From Thermoplasmata archaeon (GTDB lineage Archaea > Thermoplasmatota > Thermoplasmata > Thermoplasmatales > ARK-15), in assembly GCA_039794005.1 (NCBI GenBank), contig JBAMMA010000001.1, positions 32,001 through 96,000 on the forward strand: DNA of 64,000 nt. Reading direction: 5' to 3'. Shown here in pieces: positions 29,137 to 39,680 of this stretch. Position 1 is the stretch's first letter. Each line of letters begins with the position of its first letter. A program made the translations under genes and the position numbers. The notes below the pieces were generated by a model, which worked only from the letters and a program-made list of their open reading frames with translations, was not told where the DNA came from and did no database searches.

Positions 29137-29143
29137 AAATTTT

Positions 29144-30967
29144 ATGGAGAAGATCATAGGTATAGATTTGGGAACAAGCAATTCTGCTGCTGCAGTTGTT
29201 ATTTCCGGTAAACCAGTTGTGATCCCAAGTGCCGAGGGAAATACTCTGGGAGGAAAAGCTTTCCCAAGCTATGTAGCATTTACTAAAGATGGTCAATTGT
29301 TAGTGGGCGAACCAGCTAGGAGGCAGGCACTTTTAAATCCTGAAGGCACTGTATATGCAGTGAAGAGAAAAATGGGAACAAACTATAAATACAATATATT
29401 TGGAAAAGAATATACCCCTCAGCAATTATCAGCATTTATACTTCAAAAGATTAAAAGAGATGCTGAGGCATTTTTAGGAGAGAAGATAACAAAAGCCGTT
29501 ATAACTGTTCCTGCATATTTCGATGACAATCAGAGACAGGCTACAAAAGATGCAGGAACAATTGCAGGACTTGAAGTCGTTAGAATAATAAATGAACCGA
29601 CTGCAGCATCTCTTGCATATGGAATAGATAAGCTTGATAAAGAACAGAAAATTATAGTATACGATTTTGGAGGAGGAACATTAGACGTTACAATAATGGA
29701 ATTTGGAAACGGTGTTTTTGAAGTATTATCTACATCAGGAGACACGCAACTGGGCGGAACAGATATGGATAATGCAATAATAGATTATATTACATCAGAA
29801 TTTTATAAGAAAGAAAAAATAGATTTAAAAAATGATAAACAGGCTTACATCAGGTTGAGAGAGGCAGCAGAGAAGGCTAAAATTGAACTCTCAACATCAT
29901 TAGAAACGGAAATTAATCTCCCTTATATTGCCATGGGTAGTGATGGCCCTAAGCATTTAGTGATGAAATTGACCAGAGCTAAATTGGAAGAATTAGTAAG
30001 ACCCATTGTAGAAAGAACTGGAGAATCTATTAAAAAGGCCCTGGAAGCTGCAAAATTGACAAAAGATGACATTGATAAAATAATACTTGTAGGTGGTCCA
30101 ACGAGAATGCCTATAGTTCAGAGGTATGTTGAAGAATTCTTTGGTAAAAAAATTGAAAGGGGTGTAGATCCAATGGAAGCGGTTGCCATTGGGGCTGCAA
30201 TACAGGGTGCAATATTAGCCGGTGAAATAAAAGATATCGTTTTATTGGATGTAACCCCCTTAACATTGAGTGTTGAAACACTAGGAGGAATAGCAACACC
30301 CATAATTCCTGCAAATACTACAATTCCAACCAGGAAATCACAGATATTTACGACCGCGGCAGATTTTCAAACAACCGTAACAATACATGTTGTTCAAGGT
30401 GAGAGGCCTTTAGCTAAGGATAATGTATCATTAGGGATGTTTAATTTAGAAGGTATTCCTCCAGCTCCAAGGGGAGTTCCACAGATAGAAGTAACATTTG
30501 ATATTGATGCAAATGGAATTCTGCATGTTACGGCTAAAGATTTGGCAACAGGTAAACAAAACAGTATAACGATAACATCGACCACAAAGCTATCAAAAGA
30601 AGAAATAGAAAGAATGAAAAAGGAGGCCGAAACATTTGCGGAGCAGGATAGAAAAAAGAAAGAGGAGATTGAAACAATAAATGAGGCAGAATCCTTGGTA
30701 TATTCCTCCGAAAGGTTCATAAACGAAAACAGAGATAAGTTAGATCAATCTAAGGTTACCGAGGCAGAAAAGATAATAAAAGATCTTAAATCTTACATTG
30801 AATCCAGGGATATAGAAAACATAAAGAAGAGTGTAAAGGAATTACAGAACAAAATACAGGATCTTGGTGCATCCATGTACCGAAAAGTAAACATTTCCGG
30901 TGATGAAAATAAGAGCAATAAGACTGTGGATGCAGATTTCAAGGATAAAGAGAATGATAAGAAATGA
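29144..30967 (+). CDS. dnaK: Chaperone DnaK (Hsp70)
   Basis: [38 protein letters not shown]; GGAGGTGA RBS. Confidence 0.99.
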   Translation: MEKIIGIDLGTSNSAAAVVISGKPVVIPSAEGNTLGGKAFPSYVAFTKDGQLLVGEPARRQALLNPEGTVYAVKRKMGTNYKYNIFGKEYTPQQLSAFILQKIKRDAEAFLGEKITKAVITVPAYFDDNQRQATKDAGTIAGLEVVRIINEPTAASLAYGIDKLDKEQKIIVYDFGGGTLDVTIMEFGNGVFEVLSTSGDTQLGGTDMDNAIIDYITSEFYKKEKIDLKNDKQAYIRLREAAEKAKIELSTSLETEINLPYIAMGSDGPKHLVMKLTRAKLEELVRPIVERTGESIKKALEAAKLTKDDIDKIILVGGPTRMPIVQRYVEEFFGKKIERGVDPMEAVAIGAAIQGAILAGEIKDIVLLDVTPLTLSVETLGGIATPIIPANTTIPTRKSQIFTTAADFQTTVTIHVVQGERPLAKDNVSLGMFNLEGIPPAPRGVPQIEVTFDIDANGILHVTAKDLATGKQNSITITSTTKLSKEEIERMKKEAETFAEQDRKKKEEIETINEAESLVYSSERFINENRDKLDQSKVTEAEKIIKDLKSYIESRDIENIKKSVKELQNKIQDLGASMYRKVNISGDENKSNKTVDADFKDKENDKK

Positions 30968-32034
30968 CAGAAGAAAAAGATTATTATAAAATCCTTGGAG
31001 TAGATAGAAATGCAACGAAGGAGGAGATAAAAAGAGCTTATAGGGAACTGGTGAAAAAATACCATCCGGATCTTCATCCTGAAAATAAAAAAGAATATGA
31101 GGAAAAATTTAAGGAGATAAGCGAAGCCTATGAAGTTTTAATGGACGACGAAAAGAGGAGAATATATGATCAATATGGTGCAGAGGGTGTAAAATTTGGT
31201 TCTCAAGGATTCGACTGGAACAATTTCACTCACTTTGAAGACATACAAGATTTATTTAAAGATTTCATGAATAATTTTGGATTCGGCGATTTTTTCAGAA
31301 CCACTGAAAATCATGATATTCACATGTATTTAACAATAGATCTTAAGGATGCTTATAAGAGCACAATCAAGGAAATAACATTTTTTAGAAATGTCAAATG
31401 TGAAGCGTGTAACGGCACCGGTGCAAAGGAAGGAAAAACGAAAAGATGCCCTACATGTAATGGCACAGGTCAAGTGAAAAAGGTTAGAAATGCAGGCTTC
31501 ATGCAGTTCGTGAGTGTTGAAACATGTCATACATGTAATGGTAAAGGTTACATACCGGTTGAACAGTGTCAAGTATGTAAAGGAAAGGGATTTTTGAATA
31601 AAAAAGAAACAATTGAGGTGAAAATACCTGAAGGAGCAGACAATGGACTCAATTTGAGGGTAAGAGGGAAAGGAAACATTGATGGGGATTTGATTTTAAC
31701 AATAAGGATAAATCCTGATAATAGATTTAGAAGGGAGAACGATGATCTGTATACAGAAATAACTATACCTTTCACGGAAGCAGCCCTGGGCGGTGAAGAG
31801 GACATAGTACATCTTGACGGAGAAGTAATAAAATTAAAAATTCCTCCAGGAACGCAGCCCGGAGAATATTTAAAGATTAAGGGGAAAGGTATGCCAAGAT
31901 TTAATAGACATGGTAAAGGGGACCTATATGTAAAAGTAAACGTATCTATTCCCAAAAACCTTACATCAAGGCAAAGGGAACTATTAATGGAATTTGAAAA
32001 AGAGAACGGAAAAAAAGGTTTTTTTAAACGATAG
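30964..32034 (+). CDS. dnaJ: Chaperone DnaJ
   Basis: J-domain HPD motif, four CxxCxGxG repeats. Confidence 0.98.
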   Translation: MTEEKDYYKILGVDRNATKEEIKRAYRELVKKYHPDLHPENKKEYEEKFKEISEAYEVLMDDEKRRIYDQYGAEGVKFGSQGFDWNNFTHFEDIQDLFKDFMNNFGFGDFFRTTENHDIHMYLTIDLKDAYKSTIKEITFFRNVKCEACNGTGAKEGKTKRCPTCNGTGQVKKVRNAGFMQFVSVETCHTCNGKGYIPVEQCQVCKGKGFLNKKETIEVKIPEGADNGLNLRVRGKGNIDGDLILTIRINPDNRFRRENDDLYTEITIPFTEAALGGEEDIVHLDGEVIKLKIPPGTQPGEYLKIKGKGMPRFNRHGKGDLYVKVNVSIPKNLTSRQRELLMEFEKENGKKGFFKR

Positions 32035-32064
32035 ATATTAATAAATTAAATATTTTTTAATTCT

Positions 32065-32961
32065 ATGCTTCCTAAGGAGGTAGTGGAAAGGACGATATAT
32101 TCTGTAACATCGGTTTATTCCGAAAAGTTAATAGGTGGTATTAAAAAAAAGGAAGAAATAAGCAGTGGAACTGGATTTTTTATTGACAGGAATATAGTGG
32201 TTACAAACATGCATGTAATTTTAGATACAAATAATATATTAATTAAAACATATGAAGGTGAAGAGATAAATCCAAAATTTATAGATGGCGATATTAATTT
32301 AGATTTGGCATTTTTGGATCTGGGCGACGTATCCTATATTCCATTATTACTCGAGGATTCGGATTTAGTTAAGATTGGCGAATACGTTATTGCAATTGGA
32401 AATCCTTTGGGCATATTTTCTAGTCCAACCGTTACTTTTGGAATAATAAGTGCTAAAAACAGAAATGCAATGGTCAATGATATTTTATTTGAAAATTTAC
32501 TTCAAACCGACGCTGCAATAAATCCTGGCAACAGTGGAGGTCCATTATTAAACATGGAAGGCAGAGTTTTAGGAATAACATCATCGATGATTTTAGATGC
32601 ACATGGAATAGGTTTTGCAATTCCATCCAATACTATAAAAATCGCATTTGAAACTTTAAAGAAAAATGGCAGATTGCCAAAATTAAAATTGGGAATCTCA
32701 GGCATATCAATAGATGAATCTACGCCGAAAAGGATAAGGGATGAGTTAAATTATGGAGTTTATGTCATAGATGTAAAACATGGCTCAATAGCTGAAAAAA
32801 ATGGAATCATGAAAGGAGACATAATACTGGAATTCAATGGAAACAAGGTATACAGTATTGAAGATTTAAGATTTAAATTGTCTATGGTTCTGGAAACACA
32901 GAAAGTTATTTTAACACTTTTGAGAGACAGAAAATTAATAAATATAGAGATAAATATTTGA
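32065..32961 (+). CDS. HtrA/DegP-like serine protease with one PDZ domain, no signal peptide
   Basis: SSGTGF, VTNMHV, DLAFL, QTDAAINPGNSGGPL, C-terminal PDZ (GIMKGDII). Confidence 0.93.
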   Translation: MLPKEVVERTIYSVTSVYSEKLIGGIKKKEEISSGTGFFIDRNIVVTNMHVILDTNNILIKTYEGEEINPKFIDGDINLDLAFLDLGDVSYIPLLLEDSDLVKIGEYVIAIGNPLGIFSSPTVTFGIISAKNRNAMVNDILFENLLQTDAAINPGNSGGPLLNMEGRVLGITSSMILDAHGIGFAIPSNTIKIAFETLKKNGRLPKLKLGISGISIDESTPKRIRDELNYGVYVIDVKHGSIAEKNGIMKGDIILEFNGNKVYSIEDLRFKLSMVLETQKVILTLLRDRKLINIEINI

Positions 32962-34128
32962 ATGATGTACCTGGATAAAGAAGAGGAATCAATGCTGTCC
33001 GGTGAAAAAGGAGAGGCATTAAGGCTGGCAATGGAAATTATACTAAAACTTGGAGAATTTTACAATGCAGAGAGAACCATTAAAATAACGAGTTCACAGA
33101 TTTCTGGTGTATCTTATAAAAATATTGGTGATGCAGGTATAGATTTATTAAGAAAATTTAAGAATGTTAAGGTATCAGTTAAAACATTTTTAAATCCAAT
33201 CGGCTTTGAACTGGATTTTCCCTATGATTTTACACATGATGAAAATTTTATATCTAAGCAGATGGAAATAGTGAAGATATTTAACGATCTTGGAGTTTAT
33301 GAATCTTTGACATGCACCCCTTATTATTATTACTCTCCATCCTTTGGTGAGCATATTGCATGGGCAGAATCTTCAGCTATTGTATATGCAAATAGTGTCC
33401 TGGGAGCAAGAACAAATAGAGAAAGTGGTATTTCAGCACTTGCATCATCATTAACAGGAAGAACATCATATTATGGTATGCATTTGGAAGAAAATAGAAA
33501 AGCAACAATTTTGGTAGAAACCGATTTTAAACCAGATTATTTTACTTCGACAGTCCTCGGTTTATATTTAGGAAAAAATTTTAATGGAAAGATTCCATAT
33601 TTTAAAACAGTTGAAAATGATTTGGACACCTTAAAGCAGCTAGGTGCGGCCATGAATGCATCGGGCAGTATACCTATGTTTCATGTTGAAAATATAACCC
33701 CAGAATATAAAAATGGCCTCAATACAGATCATGAAAAGATTCACATTGAATTTTCAGAAATAGAAGAATTTAGAGAAAAAATAAATTCCAATATAGAACC
33801 TGAGGTATTAATGGCCGGATGTCCTCATTTATCCTCAAATGAAATAAGAAAAATTGCAACATTCGTAAAAAATAAGAAGGTAAAAAATGGAAAAAGTGTA
33901 TATTTCTTTACTTCAAGAAAAATTAAAAATGAAAATCAAGAATTAGTGAAAATAATTGAAAATACGGGTGCTAAAATTTACACGGATACGTGTATGGTTG
34001 TAAGTCCTTTAAAGGATAAATTTAATACCTTATATCTATCCTCTGGCAAATCTTCATACTACATTGGAAAGGAGAAGAAAATTGTTCTTTCTGACCTATT
34101 TGGAATCTTGGAGGTCATGATGACATGA
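32962..34128 (+). CDS. Aconitase X catalytic subunit (DUF521; phosphomevalonate dehydratase large subunit-like)
   Basis: QISGVSYKNIG, TCTPY, AWAESSA, ANSVLGARTNRE, GCPH, DTCMVVSP. Confidence 0.92.
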   Translation: MMYLDKEEESMLSGEKGEALRLAMEIILKLGEFYNAERTIKITSSQISGVSYKNIGDAGIDLLRKFKNVKVSVKTFLNPIGFELDFPYDFTHDENFISKQMEIVKIFNDLGVYESLTCTPYYYYSPSFGEHIAWAESSAIVYANSVLGARTNRESGISALASSLTGRTSYYGMHLEENRKATILVETDFKPDYFTSTVLGLYLGKNFNGKIPYFKTVENDLDTLKQLGAAMNASGSIPMFHVENITPEYKNGLNTDHEKIHIEFSEIEEFREKINSNIEPEVLMAGCPHLSSNEIRKIATFVKNKKVKNGKSVYFFTSRKIKNENQELVKIIENTGAKIYTDTCMVVSPLKDKFNTLYLSSGKSSYYIGKEKKIVLSDLFGILEVMMT

Positions 34129-34880
34129 GATTCAAGGGGAGAGCAATTTATAAAGGTAAGGTGGAAGGTGAAGCTTTGGTATACAATTCTGGATTATCAT
34201 TTCTTGGGGGAGTAGCTCCTGAAAAGGGAGAAATTATAGAAAATCATAAAAGTATAACGGATAAAATATTTTCATTTGAGAGAAGTGTTGGAAGCACTGT
34301 AGGTTCATACATTATATACGGTTTAAAATATTACAAGAAAGCGCCTCGCGCAATGATCGTAAATGTTCCAGATGAAACTTTCATAACGGGATCATTGATC
34401 TCTGAAATACCTTCAATTGCTTACATCTCCTCATACATATTTCAGGATGGGGATATAGTTTATTTAGATGGAGATTACGTTGAACTGGACGTCGATGTAA
34501 AAGAAGTTGTTACATCTATATTAGTACATGGAGACGAAATGCTATTGTTGAAGAGGAGTGGAAAAGTTTCAACATATCAGGGTAAATGGGCGGGTGTTTC
34601 CGGATATATTGAGGACCTTGATCCCCTCTCTACAGCAATAAAAGAAATTAAGGAAGAGACTGGAATAGAAAATCCCGTCCTATTAAGGAATGGAGGCAAA
34701 ATTTACGTTAGAGATAATAAGAGGTTATGGATAGTACATAATTTTCTTTTTCACGTAAAAAATAAAAATGTCAAAATAGATTGGGAACACGTAGAATTTA
34801 AATGGATTAAAATAAAGGATTTCAAAAATTTTGATACCGTTCCGGGCCTAGACAGGGTTGTTCAAAATTTATTGTTATAA
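34125..34880 (+). CDS. AcnX swiveling subunit (DUF126) fused to a Nudix hydrolase
   Basis: N-half SFLGGV...GSTVGSY; C-half LLLKRS...GVSGYIE...AIKEIKEETG Nudix box, DWEH. Confidence 0.88.
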   Translation: MRFKGRAIYKGKVEGEALVYNSGLSFLGGVAPEKGEIIENHKSITDKIFSFERSVGSTVGSYIIYGLKYYKKAPRAMIVNVPDETFITGSLISEIPSIAYISSYIFQDGDIVYLDGDYVELDVDVKEVVTSILVHGDEMLLLKRSGKVSTYQGKWAGVSGYIEDLDPLSTAIKEIKEETGIENPVLLRNGGKIYVRDNKRLWIVHNFLFHVKNKNVKIDWEHVEFKWIKIKDFKNFDTVPGLDRVVQNLLL

Positions 34881-35069
34881 TTTTTGAATTGTTATAGAAC
34901 CCGTTGGGCAATTATTCATGCATTCTTGACATCCATCAATACATGCTTCTGGATGTACAACTTTGCTTACATTTTCAATTGTAAATACTACTGGATTCGC
35001 CGGACAAACTGATGCACAAATACCGCATGCAATACATGTTGATTCATCAACAACTGGTTTTTGAGGCAT
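34875..35069 (-). CDS. Dicluster 4Fe-4S ferredoxin
   Basis: CIACGICASVCP and CIDGCQECMNNCP; AGGTGA RBS. Confidence 0.92.
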   Translation of the reverse strand: MPQKPVVDESTCIACGICASVCPANPVVFTIENVSKVVHPEACIDGCQECMNNCPTGSITIQKL

Positions 35070-35136
35070 TATCAATCACCTTAATATGTTAAAAGGCAAA
35101 CTTATTATAAAAGTTTCTTTCATTTTATTTACTACA

Positions 35137-36126
35137 ATGATATATGTTAAAGTACAAAGGAAAAAAGTTGAAGATGTAAAGGAAAGGATGTTCGAGATGG
35201 GTAATTTGGAGGATAATTATAAAATAATGGTTGATGATAAATTCGGTTACATTCCCGTAAAAAAATTTGTTGATGGATATGAAATAGTTGAATTTGAAGG
35301 TGAAAGGAGAAAAAAAATTTTGAGTCCCTACGAAAAAATAAAGGAACTTTTTCCATTGAAAAATTATTCTTTATATCTTCCAGAAAAATGGGAAAAATAT
35401 GGAGATATTCTGTTAATAAAATTGCCGGATGTTTTAAATCCCTATAAAGATATCGTTGGAGAAACATATTCAAAGGTATTAAATGTTAAAACAGTTATAA
35501 ATTATAAAAAGGTAAAAGGTGAACTAAGGGAACCTGAAGGTGAAATCATATATGGCAAAAATTCTGAAACCATACACCTTGAAAATGGCATATATTACAA
35601 ATTTGATGCATTAAAAATAATGTTTTCATCCGGAAATGTTGATGAAAGAATCAGGATGTCAAAATTAAATTTTGTAAATAATAAAATTGTTGATATGTTT
35701 GCAGGAATAGGTTACTTTTCTCTACCTATTGCAAAATATTCATTTCCTGAAAAGGTCATAGCCATTGAAAAAAATCCAACATCATTTGAATATTTGTTGG
35801 AAAATATTAGAATAAATAATATTAATAATATTATTCCCATTTTTGGAGACAACAGAAACATAAAAATAAAGGACTGGGCAGATGTTGTAATAATGGGGTA
35901 TATACACACAAAAGAATTCATACCATACGCGATTAATATGTTAAATAAAAAGGGTATATTAATATACCATGATACATTTAGAAAGGATGAAATTAAAAAT
36001 TTTGAAAAAATTATTGAGAATATTTTTGGAAATTATCAATTTCATATAATAAGAAAACATATTTTGAAATCATATGCTCCATCAATTTATCACGTAGTTT
36101 TAGATATTTTTATAAGAAAAGTTTAA
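35137..36126 (+). CDS. taw2: tRNA wyosine-pathway SAM-dependent transferase (Taw2/TYW2, Met-10+ family)
   Basis: HLENGIYYKFD, MFSSGNVDERIRM, DMFAGIGYFSLP, EKNP, KSYAP. Confidence 0.75.
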   Translation: MIYVKVQRKKVEDVKERMFEMGNLEDNYKIMVDDKFGYIPVKKFVDGYEIVEFEGERRKKILSPYEKIKELFPLKNYSLYLPEKWEKYGDILLIKLPDVLNPYKDIVGETYSKVLNVKTVINYKKVKGELREPEGEIIYGKNSETIHLENGIYYKFDALKIMFSSGNVDERIRMSKLNFVNNKIVDMFAGIGYFSLPIAKYSFPEKVIAIEKNPTSFEYLLENIRINNINNIIPIFGDNRNIKIKDWADVVIMGYIHTKEFIPYAINMLNKKGILIYHDTFRKDEIKNFEKIIENIFGNYQFHIIRKHILKSYAPSIYHVVLDIFIRKV

Positions 36127-36152
36127 AATTATCTAAAAGTTAAAGGTTATGA

Positions 36153-36413
36153 ATGAGTAAAGGCAGTGAAAAGAAGAGAAAATTAGATATGTCAAAAAAT
36201 TCAATTATACGTCATTTACTTTTAGAGGCGGTAAAAAATTTACCGGAAAATATAAGAGGTTCTATTGTGGGCACTGTTTATTCCAAAGGTTCTAAAATAG
36301 ATATTTTTGCCGCAAGAGATTATGTTGTAGAATTAAAAAATAAGGGAATAATAGATGAGGAAACTGCCAAAAACATCATTGATATTATTTTTAAATATAG
36401 TAAATATTATTAA
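36153..36413 (+). CDS. Hypothetical protein
   Basis: 86-aa ORF filling the gap, typical codon usage. Confidence 0.65.
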   Translation: MSKGSEKKRKLDMSKNSIIRHLLLEAVKNLPENIRGSIVGTVYSKGSKIDIFAARDYVVELKNKGIIDEETAKNIIDIIFKYSKYY

Positions 36414-36703
36414 TTTTTTAAAGTAAATCTGATATGATCATCCTTTACATCGAAAAGGCCAAGTCTTGCACCCGCATCAATCCACCCGTATGCATAGGAT
36501 AGTGATGCCAAAGCATTTACATAATCTCCTTTTTCAAAGAAATAAAATGCATCATTTGTATAATCTTCCGCCATTCTCTTAAAATCAATAGCTATATCAA
36601 ATAAATGCGAATTTTCAGGAACTTTAATTTCAATTATTTTCAGGGCCGTTTTATTTCTCTCCATATAATTTAAAATTTTCTCTTTTTCAATTATCTGTGA
36701 CAT
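36410..36703 (-). CDS. DUF357 family protein
   Basis: MAEDYTNDAFYF, GDYVNALASLSYAYGWIDAGARLG; GGAGGTGA RBS before ATG 36703. Confidence 0.9.
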   Translation of the reverse strand: MSQIIEKEKILNYMERNKTALKIIEIKVPENSHLFDIAIDFKRMAEDYTNDAFYFFEKGDYVNALASLSYAYGWIDAGARLGLFDVKDDHIRFTLKN

Positions 36704-38156
36704 TAACGCCTTCACCTCCATGTTTAGTTTCTCTAGGTCTTATATCAACGAATAATGGAAAAGAGAGATCTGGATTGGTAACTAAAGCCACACCTATAGG
36801 CAATCTCTGAATATCATCTAAAGAATGCTTTGTTAATCCCTCTACCGATTCCCCTATGGTTTTTAAATCGTTAGGGTTTGTGATTTTCAATATTATCTGT
36901 GTATTGCACTGGCTTAAAACATTTTTATCGACCTTAGCAGGTCTCTGGCTAATTATTCCTAAACCGAGGCCAAATTTTCTCCCTTCACTTGCTATTGTTC
37001 TCAAAATATCCGATGATAGTGATTTACCTTGCTGGGGTATATAATTGTGTGCCTCCTCCAAAATCAATATTAAAGGAGGAATTTCATTTCTTTTCCTCAA
37101 TTCAAATAATGAATATGACAATCTGGATACTAACATTTCCTGTACCTTTGGAGGAACCCCCTTAAGATCTATAATGCTTGCCTTGCCCTTTTTAACTATA
37201 TCTGAAATTTTTGTTCCCTCATTTGCAAAAATATTAAGGGATTCCAAAGATTTAAGTTGATTTATCAAAACTGTGGCAGACATGGAATCTTCTTCTTTTT
37301 GCAATTCATTAATAACATCGGATAATTCAAACAATTTATTTTTTGCCTTAGCCTTTTCCATCGCATTTCTTAACATGTTGAAATATATTCTGTCATTGGA
37401 ATCAAGCATTGTCAATATATCTCTTGGTGAAAATTGAGCAAGTGTAAATTTTATATTATTATATTCCTTATTTTTATTAAAAATTGAAAATAGTATAATT
37501 TTATCCTTATAACTTTTTGGTTCTACTTTAAACCTTTCCATTGAAGCATTCTTCTCAGCTGGAATTGAAAGTGAATAATATTCCCCGTGAGGGTCAATGA
37601 TTATGGTTGTAACGTTATTTTTCAATAATTCTTCAACCAGTATTCCGGTGAAATAACTTTTGCCTCCTCCAGTTTTTGCTAAAATACTTATATGCTTCTG
37701 AACGAGTGAATTTATATCTAAATATATGGGAATTTCATGGTTATGTAAAAACCCAATATATGCAGAATGTTCCTTCTTTTCACCTAGTCCTAACGTTTCC
37801 CTTATAAGATCATCATCTGCTATATATACTGGTTCTCCGGCTTTGAATGGAGTTTTAGGTCTTTGTAATATTTTATTATTGTCTCTATATCCAATTACAT
37901 TTATTTCACCTATCAGAACATCCTGTATTTTTACATCCACACCAGCATTAAGCAATAATGCCTTATCTATGGATAAATCCGTTTTTCTTTCTAAATATTC
38001 AATCACACCTAAAATCCATCCAGCATTTTCATGGAATATTTTTACAAATTCCCCCTCCTCTACAGAACCTGTAACGGTCATTTGTAAATTTGTTGTTCCC
38101 ACATCTCCAAATAATAAACCTACCTTGTTCTTATTTTCATCAATCTTAGATTCCAT
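36687..38156 (-). CDS. HerA-like (DUF87) ATPase with HAS barrel
   Basis: HISILAKTGGGKSY, IDPHGEY, LEEAHNYIP, EGRKFG, SQRPAK, SQCNT. Confidence 0.92.
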   Translation of the reverse strand: MESKIDENKNKVGLLFGDVGTTNLQMTVTGSVEEGEFVKIFHENAGWILGVIEYLERKTDLSIDKALLLNAGVDVKIQDVLIGEINVIGYRDNNKILQRPKTPFKAGEPVYIADDDLIRETLGLGEKKEHSAYIGFLHNHEIPIYLDINSLVQKHISILAKTGGGKSYFTGILVEELLKNNVTTIIIDPHGEYYSLSIPAEKNASMERFKVEPKSYKDKIILFSIFNKNKEYNNIKFTLAQFSPRDILTMLDSNDRIYFNMLRNAMEKAKAKNKLFELSDVINELQKEEDSMSATVLINQLKSLESLNIFANEGTKISDIVKKGKASIIDLKGVPPKVQEMLVSRLSYSLFELRKRNEIPPLILILEEAHNYIPQQGKSLSSDILRTIASEGRKFGLGLGIISQRPAKVDKNVLSQCNTQIILKITNPNDLKTIGESVEGLTKHSLDDIQRLPIGVALVTNPDLSFPLFVDIRPRETKHGGEGVNVTDN

Positions 38157-38194
38157 AAATTTTTGAATTAAACTATGAATTTAAAATTTTCACA

Positions 38195-39085
38195 TTAAAT
38201 AAATAAAAATATAATGAAAAGGATTGGACCCAAAACAGCAAATTTCCTTATATTAAAAAATAAAATTGTAGAGAATACAGACATTGAGAGAATTGTATAA
38301 ATAATACTCCAATTAATATAAAATATATTGAATATCGAAAATATGCCAATATATATAGTAGAATATAAAATTGATTCACCTATTAGATTATTAATACCCA
38401 TTGATAGAAATCCTTTTTTTGACCATATAAGAGATATTATAATCTCCGGTAAAGCTGTTCCTAATGGTATTAACAAGATAGATAATATCAATATATCTAT
38501 TCCAATTGCATATGATAGTTCAATTAAACTGTTTAATAAAAGACTTGATCCAAAATAAATGCCAATGACCGATAAAAATATTTGAAGAACAATCACATAA
38601 CTATTTTTAAAGATCTTTTTAAATATTGGAATTTCTGGAAATTCAATGTAATTTTTATTTGATTTTCTGATATGATAATTAAAGTAAAAATATATAAATA
38701 TTAAAATTACTCCTGTAATAAAATTATTAATTAATTTTAATAGCGAAATCAACAGAGAAATTGCTAAAAATAGAAATGCATAATTTTTTTCAGTATTTTT
38801 TTTAAATATTAATAATAAAATGGGAATAAAAATCATAACTACGATAAATATATCTCCAAAAATGGTGCCTATTGCTTCATTCTGTCCATTCATTCCTTTA
38901 ATGATAAAAATTGCTATCAATACTGTAATAAGCTCCGGAAAAGATGTAAAAAGAGGCGAAATTATTGATGAAAGAAATTCTCGTGAAATTTTAAACTTAT
39001 CTGCAATATAATCGGTACTATTTACATACAAATAAGATGATATAAAAATGATTGTTAAACCTAATATTATATTCAATAAATACAT
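38195..39085 (-). CDS. Sodium:calcium exchanger family protein
   Basis: Alpha repeats TSFPEL and GTALPE; about 10 TM. Confidence 0.85.
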   Translation of the reverse strand: MYLLNIILGLTIIFISSYLYVNSTDYIADKFKISREFLSSIISPLFTSFPELITVLIAIFIIKGMNGQNEAIGTIFGDIFIVVMIFIPILLLIFKKNTEKNYAFLFLAISLLISLLKLINNFITGVILIFIYFYFNYHIRKSNKNYIEFPEIPIFKKIFKNSYVIVLQIFLSVIGIYFGSSLLLNSLIELSYAIGIDILILSILLIPLGTALPEIIISLIWSKKGFLSMGINNLIGESILYSTIYIGIFSIFNIFYINWSIIYTILSMSVFSTILFFNIRKFAVLGPILFIIFLFI

Positions 39086-39182
39086 AATAAGTGAAATTAA
39101 TTCCAGCTATATAAATAATGATTTTATCTTAATTTAAATATTGAATCATTAAATTTATTATATTTATTTATGATATTTTTTT

Positions 39183-39680
39183 ATGTTACATGTTTACACA
39201 GGTGATGGAAAGGGTAAGACCACAGCTGCATTTGGCCTGGCTTTGCGCGCATTTGGAAGAAATAAAAAGGTCGCAATTATACAATTTGCAAAACCTGAAA
39301 AATCTGGTGAATTTTTAGCATGTGAAAAGATTGGAATAGAGGTATACAATTTTGGTTATCCGGGATTTATTATAAGAAGTCCAAGGAATGAGGATTATGT
39401 AGAAGCCAAGAAAGCATGGGAAAAAGCAAAGGAATTGATGAATTCAAATTATGATGTAATAATTTTAGACGAATTAAATATAGTTCTCTATTATAATTTA
39501 ATAGAAATTCCAGAGGTTATAAAGGTATTGTTAGATAAAAAAGAAAAGATGGAAATTATTATAACAGGTAGATATGCTAAAAAGGAGATAATTGATATTG
39601 CAGATTTAGTTACAGAAATGAAAATGGTAAAACATTATTTTGAAAAGGGAGTTCCTGCGAGGATAGGCATTGAATTTTAG
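39183..39680 (+). CDS. cobO: Cob(I)alamin adenosyltransferase (CobA/BtuR type)
   Basis: YTGDGKGKTTAAFGLALRA, ILDE, TGR, ADLVTEM, GIEF. Confidence 0.95.
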   Translation: MLHVYTGDGKGKTTAAFGLALRAFGRNKKVAIIQFAKPEKSGEFLACEKIGIEVYNFGYPGFIIRSPRNEDYVEAKKAWEKAKELMNSNYDVIILDELNIVLYYNLIEIPEVIKVLLDKKEKMEIIITGRYAKKEIIDIADLVTEMKMVKHYFEKGVPARIGIEF

